NCBI GenBank assembly: GCA_036172245.1
Contig: JAYWIR010000015.1
Coordinates: 3,658,001 to 3,722,000, forward strand
From: Raillietiella orientalis
Taxonomy: Eukaryota
DNA: 64,000 nucleotides
Direction of reading: 5' to 3'
Of this stretch, positions 37,801 through 50,000 are shown in pieces; within the stretch, counting starts at the first letter, position 1; each line of letters begins with the position of its first letter. The notes under the pieces were generated by a model. That model did no database searches. It worked only from the letters and a program-made list of their open reading frames with translations, and had not been told where the DNA came from. The position numbers and the translations under genes are program-made.

Positions 37801-40800
37801 CGCTGAGTGCGGAAGCAGCAGAAAATGAGTGCTGGGAGACTAACTCGTCCGCATCCCCTGGGTGGGTAGCATTCGCGGTCCGACTGCTGTGGACTGCAGG
37901 TGCTGAGATGCTTCCTAGAGGCAGTGTCTAGGATTCCCGACGCACCTGAAGCCAATGTGCGTGAGCCAACTACATCGTCTCCTGATGCAGGCAGTTCAGG
38001 GACTTTGGCGAAAAGCAAGCAGAGAAGCAAAAGAGACAGGAACCTTGGTGTGCGTTTTCACTTTCCAGCTGTCAGAGGGGACTTTGGTTTCATTCCCCAC
38101 TCCTGATGTCCACCTCTGCTTCCCCTCCCTTTCCCGCTCTCTTTTTCCTCTGAAGTACCAAGAAGGAGAAATTCTTCCTGAAAGCAATTTCCGGAGGGGC
38201 AAAACCCATCGAGCACGGTCGCGGAAGGCGAAACACGGAAGGCTGGAAGGGGGGTGGTAGATGGAGAGATTCGAGCCAGTTTCCTCGACGTTTTCGCTTT
38301 GCGACGATGTCGGATAACAGTAGTCCCGAACCAAGCGTCCTCGTCCTGCGCGCCGCAGAGCCGCGGAAATCTCGAAAGCCTCGAACCGCATCGTGAACGC
38401 GAATTACTCGCAGCGCCGTCAAGGTAGCGGTGGGGAGGTGTCGTGCTCTCTCTTGCTAGCGCGAGAGGAGAGCGGACCCCGAGAGGGTGAAAAAGAGACA
38501 AGCCTGACCTGAGGGATCACTTGGACGCACTTCTTCCTTACGAAATCCAGGCCAGGCTGAATGTACACCTGGAACAGGTTTCGCAAATGCCGTTTGCCTT
38601 CCTCTTGGAATTCCAGTTGTTCTAGCCACGAGGAAACGTACGGCATCCATCCAAGGTCATCCGAGTCCACAAAGACCATGCCACACCTGAAACACACCGG
38701 GTGACTGAAAGGAAGTGCCAAAGAAAAGGTGCGAAAAGGCTGCAGAGCTCGGAACCCGCTGTTTGTAACGAAGGAAGAGCATTCGAAAACGACCCCTTCG
38801 GTTGCCTCCCCGCCCACGATAGGATCTGAAACGTTGCGTCGCTGTGCTGCTGCTGCTGCTGCTGCTGCTTCCCGACTTCGGTGCTCAGACCTTAGTAGCC
38901 CGCCGCAGTTCGCGCAGATGCAAGCGGGAGCAGGGTGTGCGTGTCGGCTGAAGCAAATGGGAGAAACCTCGCTCGGCGAGTCGGCCTCGAGGAGCTCAAA
39001 GGTCCACCTCGGATGTCGTGGAAGGAAATACTGTTGACCCCTCTGGTCCCGAAAACAGTGCGAGGAAGGCAACTGGAAGCAGAGGTGACCAAAGCGCGCC
39101 CGCAGAGGCGAAGAGGATGTGAAGTTTCGGAACTTTTCTCGGTGTGTGAAGGAGATCTGTGTTCCGGGATCGAGGGCAATAGCCACTTGCCGCCGCAGCC
39201 TTCGCATGCGCACCCTACAACGGGCTACTTCCCGATAGACAGACCCACTCGATTCTTCCGAGCAGTCCAGGAGAAGGACCACCAAGGGAGGAAACAACGT
39301 CGACTAGTTTCACGTGAGCGTTCTTCGTGCACGTCTTTATCAGATTCCAAAACAGAAACAAAACGGAGAAAAGAAAAGAGGAAGCAGTTGCAACGCGATG
39401 GGACGATGCTTTTGTGGGATGTCTTCCGAGATAGTGTCGTGAGTTTTTGGTGAAGCGGAAGCAGTGTGCCTTCTTGCTAGGAGGATATGGTGGCTGGGAT
39501 CTCCCACGACGACTGAAAGGCATGAGCGAGGAGTTTGCTGCTCGTCTTCCTGCTCAGACCGTGGATCCGTGGCATTCGGGCAGGCCACCTCCCGAAAGAA
39601 GCGCCTGTACACAGCTCTCTGCACTTGTCGAAATCTCCTGCAGGAATGCTGGGAGCGCACGACGAAGGCGCGCACCGGAAAGCAGATGAAGAGGATCGAC
39701 CTGTCGGCCGTCTTTCGCCGTCTCAAGGATCCTCATGCAGACATGACATGGCTGAAAAGACGAAACGAACCGTTCCGAAGTTCGCAGCTCGGATCTGATC
39801 TCGCACCGTGGAACGCTGCGAAGACAGATACAATGCGCGGCATCACGCGCCCTTGCGCTCTTCTGCATCCGGAAACAACATGCAGTTGCCAATCCTCTTT
39901 GGATTAGCAGTAAGCCAGCGGAAGAGCGCAAGAGCCCCCTGCCCCTCCATCAGCAGAACCGGGGCACGGCATTTCCAAGGAGAGCCAGCAGCATCACGGG
40001 GTCAGCAGCGCGGCACAGCAGAATCGAGAGATTTGGAACCGTATGGCACCTACCCCTCTCTCTCTGCAGCGACCCTCCTTGCCTTTCGCCCTTTCCCAGA
40101 GTCCCTTTCCAGTCTCGCCTTCCCTCTTGAGCATGCCCAGCGCTGAAGCGCGCCCTACGACTCTGCCTCCTCACTTCGAGCAGGGAGCTTCCTTCCCTGA
40201 GGCGTTCCTTGCTCAGGCTGGTGAGTTTCGAGCATCATCACCAAGAGACGAAGAAGGAGTGATTTGCTCTCCGGAACGTCGGCAGCGGACGCACCGCTTC
40301 CGCCATCGTTAGGCATGGTAGATTTCTCCTTCGTCGTTGAACCATCGGGCGCAGCGGTGGCCATCGTTGGAGAGGAATTTCCAGAGCGAGGACACAGAGT
40401 ATGTTGCTTGCTATGAGCAGCCGAGGGATCCGAGAAGAGTGAAGAAAAGAGAAGTGTTTGGCGTTCCCTTTTTTCTCCCTTGGTACCCTGGGCTAGTTGG
40501 CCTTTCTTTCGCGATGCATTTGTGCCGTGCTGCGACGCTCGCTGAGCACGTATCGGTCCGTAAATGAAATGGAAATCCTAGATGCCTCACGGACTTCCTT
40601 CTTTCTCGAAAGCGCATATCCGCTGCACTGTTCCTTCTGGTTGACGGGAAATCGCCTTTGACGTGCAGCAAAATTAATCGCGTCTGAGAGGAGGCAGCTC
40701 GGGGTCGAAGAAGGGAGGGAGAGAGCAGTAGGTAGCACTGGCAGGGGTAGATTGCGACCGGACTGAAGGACGGCCTGCTGTTGCCTTGTTCGAGAGATGG

Positions 40801-41048
40801 TAGCAAAATGAGGATGATGAAGATTAATTCCGCAGCGCGCGAGAGGATGCTCCGTGGTCTCCATGGCTGGGACGCTAACACACGGGAGCGCTTCCTCTGC
40901 CAGTCCGGCTAGGATTCCTGATGAATCAGACTGTTTCCTGAGTCGCTGGAGGGAGGAGGGGGGAGAGGGCAAATCTTGGTGGTGCGCGCACGGAAGTTTT
41001 GGGAGATTTTTCTGCGGAATCTTCAGCAGGAAATCGAAATATGAATGG

Positions 41049-41093
<45 letters not shown>

Positions 41094-44000
41094 AATGCTT
41101 GTGAAGACAACAAGTACGAATCAGTGAAGGAGCAGCGAACGTTCCGATGGCTGGGCAACTCTTCCGGAAAAATTTCTTCCCTGTCTTCCTGTTCGAATTC
41201 ACTGGAACACGCACGCGGAGGATCTCGGAACACACACTCAGCGCAGGAACAGGAAACCCCAGAACTACTCTTGCTGTTCCCTTTCCCCGGCAGATGGCGG
41301 ACGGACGCTGCGACTGGGGAATCAAGGAAGCAGGGCGGGTGTGATGTCGCACTGCGAGCTCCCCATTCCGCCGATACCTCCCCCCGCGTTGGGGTTCCAG
41401 GCAGCAAAACCAACGGGGTCGCGCGGCGACGGCAACTCACCAGTGTTGGCGGCGTCGCAGCGACGAAGTCCCATGTCACGTTTCCCTGTCCCCGTGGTTT
41501 CCACTTGCATCTCCGACCCAGTAACCAGCCTGTTGTGCCGATTCCTCCCAGTGGATCAATAAGGCGTGATCCAATAACAAGTTCCGAGCAAGTTCTCTTT
41601 CCCGCTCCCCGGTCTCACTCAACACACACACACGAATGCCTTCTTGGCTGCTCGCTACCTGTGTCATAACGCATATCTTGCGCCCCGTTTCTCCCGCCTC
41701 CGTCACCTGACGGCGACGACGGGTGTACCCCTTCATAAATGCTTGTTCGCTCCCTCTCCTCTCCCCTTCCCTCCTGATACTCAGTGGAGTTTGCGGATGA
41801 CCAGGATGCGAAGCATCGAAAGTACCAAGATCGAGGCACATCCCTGGAGAGAAGAGCCATCGCCATGCTTGTGCCCTCCTGCAACGCCAGGAGAGAGTTT
41901 TTCTGCTGCATGCCAATGCGCAGCATCCGCAAGTGCTGCGGAAGCGCTTGTAAGCGCGTCGGAAGGCGAGGTGCCAGGGCCCTGAGCTCTTGGGGAGCTG
42001 CCGGACTCCAAGAGCTCAGCTCTACAAGATTCGCAAGGGACCGGAACAGGCGCAGGGCACGCACCACCACCGACTCTCCCGCTACAGGTTGCTGCCCGCT
42101 GCTGCCTGCGCACGTGACGGGGAATAAGAGGGGACACCACCCGCCTCCACTCCAAGCGTGACCCCAGAGGAAATGCAGACGAGTCCGACAGCTCGTCAGG
42201 GTATCTCGACATCCCTCGGCGCGCCTTTCCACTCTACTGGTGGAGGCCGGCAAACCCCTGCTTTGTCTCCATCTGAGGCACATCCTCGCGTAGAATCTTC
42301 CTTCCGACCGTTTCGGTGCAGAAACCTCGACGGCGAGGCGAGAGGCGTCCGCCTGATCTTCCTTTCCCCACGCGACACTCCTTGTTCTCGACTTTTCCCA
42401 TTTCCTTGACCAAGAATGGTCTCCTGCCATTCGGAACCTGGCAGATCGCTTGGATTCTCCTGAAGACCTCCTTCTTCCTGCAGAGTGTGGATTCTCCTCC
42501 CCCTCGAGGAACACGCTCGAAGACTCGGTGAGCTCGAGGACGTGCTCGACGCTCGAGGGTCACTGAGCGTCTTTCTGGTCAGCAGGGCCGCGCGGCTGCT
42601 GATGTTCCGGAAAAGTCACGCACCACCCAGACGCCCGGAAAGCACGGACACCTTGCGGCAAGAAGCACCGAGGTCTGCTCCTTGGACACAAGTGACCTTG
42701 ATCATTGGCTTCCGAACTTCGATCTTCGGCTGTTTCGCCTCTGCTGCAACTTCCATCACCGGAGGAAAGCGCGCGCGCGCACGCGTCCGCCTATTCGTGT
42801 CGTGTTATCTTTTCGCTACCAGATGTGGCTCTCGGTAGCAAGGTGGGAAGAGGAGGAAAAGGTCCTTCGTTGCACAGCTTCCTCAGCGAAACGGCAGACC
42901 AAGGTTTTTTTGTGTGTCTTTTTCTTTTCTTTTTTTGCAGTGTGAGCACGTCGACCGACCGGCCGGAGCAACTGATTTCTCCGCTCCTGGACTGCGAGAA
43001 CCTTTCTGTAAACTTTCCTTTCCTCTTCTTCCTCGGCAGCAGCCATTTTTCTTCCTGCCTCCCTCCGAACGGTGATCTTCGTCGGACGAACCCGATGGCT
43101 GCTGCGGTAGGCACGTGCTGTTCTCTCTATCTCTCTTAGCGAGACGAGGGTCTATGCGGGGCTGTTCTCCGGATGAATGGGAAAAAAGGAGAAGGGGGAA
43201 AGAGGAGGAAGTCGGGGGGTCACTTCTCGAAAATGCTTGGCTGAGGAAGGAAGACCGAGGAAGGTGCGTTTTCCATTCCTCCCCTCCCCTCCTTCCGCTG
43301 TCGAAATACACAAGATCGCGGCAGCTCTGTCGCTCTCCCTCCGTACGTTTCCTCACGATCTCGCGTGTTGCCGCCGCGGAAGGGGCGGCGCTGGAAAGGC
43401 TGAAAGTGGCTCCTCACCTGCTCACGGTGGCGGGGCTGGCGCGCGACAGATTCTCCACCTCGAACATCATGCGCACGAAGGGCGTCAGCTTGATGCGCTC
43501 CGAGTTGGCCAGGCACAGGAGCTTGTTGTCATCCAGGACGGAATTCATGTTTTCTATCCATAGCGCGTCCACTGGGCCGTCGCACACGATCCAGTGCTGG
43601 TGGCTGGGATCTGACTGGAAAGACCTCTTGGAGGCGGGCTTCGGCTGGGTGGGGCTGATACCTGGCACGCCTGCTTGATGAACGTGCTCAGCAGTCCCTC
43701 CCTCCACTCGAGGGTGAGCGGGTTGTAGTCCCCGTACAGCTCCCCGATCGTGATCGACTTGGGATTCAGGACGTAAGTGCGCACGGGCTGGAAGCTGCCG
43801 TCGCCCTCTTGCGTTTCGGACAGGGTCCCCAGAGTGTCTTTGAGGACCTTGAGGGGAAACAGAGCTCTCTTTCCCTCCGGCTCTCCGCTCCTTCCTCCCT
43901 TACCTGGTACACGGTGGTCTTTCCTCCCCCGGTCTTGCCGACCAGCATCACCCCATGCCGCAGGGCGAGGGTTTCGTGAAGCTGCACGATCTTGTCGACC

Positions 44001-47000
44001 ATGCTCGGGATCGGCTGCAGGCGCCTTCGGATCATGACCTCCTTTATCATGTTCTGGAAAACGGACTGATCCCTCTCCGGGATCGTCAATCCCGGGAAGA
44101 GATCCCTTATGATGTCCTTGGAAGGAAGGAAGGAAGGAAGAGAGGTGGAGGAACGAACTATCGAGGGACTCGGATTACCTCGAAGAGCGAGACATCCTGT
44201 TTGAGGAATTTGGGCAGGTTGCTGTGGCACAAAGCGCGGATCATCACCGTTTCCTCCTTCTCGGAAGGGTGAGATCTCTTCAGGGATCCCGCTATCACCA
44301 GCACGGACTTCACGGCCCTTGACGCTCCGGCATCACGGGAGGGCGGCTGCTTCCCGAGATTACTCACCTCATCCCGAAGTCGTAGTGATCCTGCTGGGAC
44401 AGCTGCTCGCTGCACAGCTTGTACAGCTGCGTCATTTTGTTGGCCAGGTCTCTTGGCGACTGGAACCCCTCCGAATAAAGAATGACCTCGGCTATGTAGG
44501 CTGAAAAGGGTGTCCAAAAGGGGGGTGGTGTTTCTGGGCAGGGATCGAGGAACAGAGGGGTTCCTCTGGGTCAGAGGGTGAGCGCCCTTGGGAGGCCGAG
44601 GGGGGTAGCGGCATCGGTTTCTCGTCCCCCCCCCCCTCCCCCCTCCCTTTCCTCATCCCTCCACGTTCTCCCGCTCGCACCTACCGTAGTCAGGCACCAT
44701 CATGGACACGGGTCGAAAAAGAGCCTTGAGGTTGTCCGGCAGCTCGGTTCTTCCGGCGTACCCCGGGTTCATGGTAATGTGGCAGGCGCAGGAGCGTATC
44801 AGCTTGATTTCTCTTCCTTCGAACACGAACCTGCAAGGGGGCAGAGGTTCTCTTCCTGTGGGCATCTGACGCCAGATCAGCTGAGGCAAGCAAACACGTG
44901 GCAAGGAAGGAGCAAGACGTCGGGGAATTCGCTCTTTCAGGAAAGAGGAGGAAGAGGAGTGGGGGAGGCAGGGCGGAGGGAAGACGATCACCCTCGTGGA
45001 GGATCGGAGGCGCGAGTTAGCCGTCTTCCTATTGAGCCGTGCTCCCTCTTCATTAGGTCCAGGGTGATATCTCTTTGCATCTGCAGGTAGAGAAAGGAAG
45101 GGAAAAAAAAGGGAGAGAGAAGGGCGGGAGGAAAGGAAAGAGGGAAGAGGGAGAGAGGAGGAGGAGAAGGAGTCCCGTAAATCTTGGTTCTGACAGCACA
45201 GCCCGTGTGAGCAGCAATGCATCTTCTCGCCGCGGGACCACGTGACCTCTTCTCGGGAGAAAAAGCAAAAGCCCGCTCGGGGAGCGGGAGCACTCGGAAG
45301 AGAGATTTCATTCTGAAGACAACTCTTCGGTCACTTTGCCAGTGGCTGCTGCTGCTGGAGTCGGTGTCCCCTACCACCGGTGCAGGGAGACGTCCCTCAC
45401 CTCGCTTTTCCACCTTCTTGCCTCCTCTCAACGTCAGTGAACTGTCGCCTTGGGGAGAAGTCGGAGCCGCATTACATTGGGTTGCCCCCCACTGCTTCTT
45501 TCCAGCATGACGCTCTTCCTCTCTTAATGTTGATCTGGCTCAACGCTGCGGCGGCGGTGGAGGTGCAGCAAAGCGCTCAAAAAACGGCCACCAGCACTCC
45601 GCTAACTTCCCTGAGGGAGAGTTCCGTACCCTCGAGAGGAGGAGCGCAGAGGGCTTTCGTCGGTCGGTCGCCTTTCTCTCGGAAGGGCGGGTGGAAGGGC
45701 GCTCGCTGCACAGGGCCGATGCCGCCCCGTCTCCGGGTGCGGATCCAGCCGCTCCCGGTGACGCCGCTCTTCCTACATTGGGTTTCGGGGGTTCGTCCCG
45801 CTAGACAGCGTGCCGGAGACCCGCCTCCTCCTTCCTCCCTGCGTTTCCGTTTCGCTGACACACGAGAGGCTCACCTCCCACCGACAGCCGTGGAGGGGAA
45901 GGAAGGGGTGTGCAAAGAAACGTCTGTCTGCCCCCCAGCGTCTCCTATCGGCGGCGTTGCGCAGAAGCAGCGTGCCGACATAAAGGAGCATCGAGCCGCG
46001 CGCTTCGACAATTTGCTTGTAAGCTGGCAGGTGAGGAGGAGAAGGGGGGATGGAGAGGAGGGAGAGCTTATTCGAGATCGCTCCCTGCGTGAGCGTTCCC
46101 TCGAGCAAAGGATTTTCAAGGAGACTCTTTGCTGTTGTTGTTCCTCTTCCTTCTCCTTAGTTTGCTTCCGACTGACCTGGAGAGCCTGGCGGTCTTCGCC
46201 GCCTTGATGGTCGCGATCTGCTGCGCGATGACGGAGAGGACCTCCACGTCGATGCGGTTGAATTCGTCGAAGCAGCACCACGCGCCCGTCTGGGCGAGCC
46301 CGGAGAAGAAGCGGCTCATCATCTGAAACGGGAGGGAAGCGCGCGGTGGTAGCAGGAGACGGGAGAGGAGGCGAGGGGAGGGTACACTAAGTTCGGAGTG
46401 GGGTGAGAGACAGAGGAAGCCCTCGGGCGTTCCCCTCCCTACTCCCTGTCTCTCCCCAAGAACGGCCCACGATGGTGCTAGCTATGCGGCGGCAAGCGTC
46501 TTCTCACCCGATAGTCGATCCCTTCCGAGCAGTTGAAGACGACGCACTGCTTCGCCAGACATTTGGCCAGGTCCTTCGTCGTTTCCGTCTTTCCGGTTCC
46601 GGCAGGACCCGCCGGCGCTCCTCCTGCAACCGGAGGGTTTAAAGGCGAAGGGGAGGGGCAACCACTTATTAGTGTGCGCTTCGTTCTCAACGCTGGACAC
46701 CCCACTGCTCGAGGATCTTTCCCGGCGACGGACTGCTGTCAGCAGCAGCGGGCGCTTTGAAACAGAAGGGACGCGAGGAGGGGGGAGAGGGGGGAACAAG
46801 GAGAAGCGAGTCTTCAGAAGCCAATGCCGATGCCGCAGAACGGACTTCGCGGGCTGCTGCTGCTTACGCGGCGATCTCTCTTCTGTCGCCACTGCTTCGC
46901 GGATGGTGCCGTTGGTGTTACAAAGGAGAGAGGGAAGGATGCCAACGAAGCCGAGAATGATGCAGAAAGGATACTTGATGCAAAGGAAGGATAGGGGAGG

Positions 47001-50000
47001 GAAGATGGCTCCGATCTCCCGTGAAGGGGAGGGCCACAATCGACGGGAGGGAGGGTGGCTGACGTGCGCGGACACGCTGCATTTTGGGAGAAGGATAGGA
47101 GGAGACGAAAGAGCGAAGGAAGCACGAAGACGAGAGGGGAAGAGTGGACGCTTTCTTCCCTTCTTGATGCACCGCCTCGCCGACGGCGCGCGCGCGACCG
47201 GCTATCCGACGGCGTTGGACCAGGCAATCGCGGAGTGGAGGGGGAAGCCTGGCGAGGCGGGGGAGGGGAGGGGAGGGTGCGGGCACACCAGGACTTTCCC
47301 CGCTGTGATGGCTCCGTAGCTTTCCACTTCCACTTTTTCCGCTCTTCCCAGGGGGCTCAGAAAGCTCGGTGCCGCTGAGGGCGGCGGCAAGCAACGGACC
47401 AATCTGGGCTGCTTCTGCAAGGAGGAGGCGAGGCTGGCTCCCAGCAGCTCTGCACTGCCGTCGGTCGGTCGTTGTCGCCTCGCGATGTAGCCCGTTCAAC
47501 CGTGACCGCGACCCAGAAAGCGCAGCGGCACGCGGGAAGCTCACCCAGCTCCAGCGCCAGCGCGCTCATGAGGCAGAGGTAACACTTGTCCGTCAACGGA
47601 GTGATCACCAGCCGAGGGGATGCCCCCAGGTACTCGTAGGAGTAGTCGTGGGAGCTGCTCGCCATCTTCGCGATGCACCTGTTCTCTTCAGCAAGGAAGT
47701 AGTAGCGGAGTTGGCGCCGCCACTCGAAATCTGTCCTGGAAAAGAACAAGGCGATTACGTGCGTTATAGTCGACGGCAGCCTGGCTGCTGCTTCCGTCAG
47801 GAGAGTTGGACAGGGGGAGTGGGATGGACGCGGAAGCTCCTGGTAAGATGCATCGCCAGCACTGTTGCCATCTTCGCTTCCTTCCACCTCATTCGTCTAT
47901 TTCCGCGGAATCAAAGTGGCAGGGGAATCTCCCAAGGGGGGAAAAAGAAGAGACTCTGGTCTTCCTGCTCCCTCGTTTGTAGCGTGGTCAAGCCAGCATC
48001 CATGAGAGAAACGGCAGAGCACACATCCCTCCTTTTCGTTCCATCTCTCATTCCCTCTGAATCGGAATCTACGAGCCTACGCTCCTTGCACAGGAGGAGA
48101 TGGAAAGCAGGCGCAGGGAAAGAGGAAAAACATGCTTTCTCACTTCTGTCTCCCCTTCCTTCCACGTCTTCCAGAGCCGAGGAAGGAAGAGCGACCTGCC
48201 TACCGCAGGAGAGTGCGAGCGCACACCCTGAGAATAAGGGAGGCAGGGCAACAGTGCCCGCTTTTTTAACGCTCGGGGAGGCCCTCCTGATGCGATGAGA
48301 GATGATGGTCCATCACGCAGGCAACATGGGAATAAAGGGGAGAACGGAGAGAGGATCGTTGCAGAGGACCGTCAGAGCTGTCACTCCACCGGACGGCACT
48401 CTCTGCCTTTCCACCATTCCTGCTCGAGCACCTCACCCACCACTACCGTCCACTGCGTAGCCCGCACGAGAACGGTTCCCCACGGAACGATTCTGAGTGG
48501 AAAAAGACCTGACTCGCCACGCCCGAAAATCTGGAAGGGTTGATGCGACAGACCCCGCCGCCACCACCTCCACAAGAAGCACGGTGCTCACTCAGCAGCG
48601 ATGGCAAAGTCCCCTCAGTGGTACAAGTGTGCCGCGGTTTTCAGGCACGCGGCAGGCCTTGGAGCATTCGCCTCTCTTCGCCGCCTTGCCCCCATTCGCT
48701 CCAGAGTTCGGCAGAGCTGGAAAGGATGAGGTCCTCCTCTTTAGAAAGTCTTTCTTCAGCACGCTAGCGCTAGGCTTCCGCTCTCGAGTGGGAAATCGTT
48801 TAATTCCCGGAAGGAGGTAAAGGTAAGCACCGGAAGCCGGAGGAGGTGAGTCAGAGACTTTCCCTCTCTTGGGCTTTGAAGGTGACGACAAAGTCGCAAC
48901 GATCCAGGTGGTGCCGGCGACTCTGGAAGCGGTGCAAGGAAAATCAACTCCGAGGACGCATCGGATGGACTCTTCCGCGCGCTCGTCGACCCGTCCTTGC
49001 CCTTGCGTCTTCGTGCAACAAGAGCTGCACGGAAATCGACGTGTCGCAGGTTGCCCTTGGGCACTGCTCATAATAAATGCATGCATCAGTCCCGAATCTC
49101 TTTTCCCGGGCAGCACACGTAACACGGGTCGTGTCACACCTACACAGACATTTTCCGTTTGCTACACCACTGCCTGGACCCAGAGTCCAAAGCGGAGAAG
49201 CCTTTCTGCTCGTGCGATCTTCAGAGCCATTGGCAGTCTCCCAGCAAGCTCGGAAGATGAGATCCGTTCTAAGAGGTTGGTCGTAGAAAGAGCATGGGGA
49301 AAGAAGGGCGGAATCCTCTCCAGGCATGCGGAAGCAACACACGCACGCCCCAATCCTTCCTGCGCCGCGCGGAACCCTCGGGGGGCCTGGGAGGTAATTA
49401 TGCTGGCTGGTAGCCGCGTACCAAAGAAGGCAACGGTCTTCTGAGTTGCGAGTAGCCGTGACGCGCCTCTCGCCACTCTGAGCTTCACGGACTGTGCGCT
49501 TCTCTTTTCCTTTGAGGTCGGTTCGGTCATCCCAACTCAGTGGGGAAAGGAGCTCGTCTTGAGATCTTGTGAGGGGGAGCGCGAGCCGCTGGCCGGTCAC
49601 AGGGTACTGCTCTTGGCCCTTTGTTGGTCCGCAGCAGCCTTTTTACTCTTCGAGCGCAACCCGTGCACGTTGGTTTGGGAGACCTTCCGCAAAGGGCTGG
49701 CGGCCTACCAGCCGCACCCTCTTCCATTCGGTTTCATCTCCGTCTTCCTCTTTCTGCGAAGCAAGAGAAACAAAAAGCGAAGGGAAAAGAGTCTGGCTTA
49801 GACCGAAAATCGATTTTTCGCGATCGGATCGCCGCCACTACCAGAGGAAAGGAAAAGAGACCAAAGAAGGTGAACGTGAAATCGGGATGGGTTTCTAATC
49901 TTCCTTTGCAGCTTCAATGATTCATCCGCACACTTCCGCGTCTTTTCTTCCCTCTCTTTCACACCGGTGAAGGAGAGGAGAAAAAAGCTGTATCCAAATG

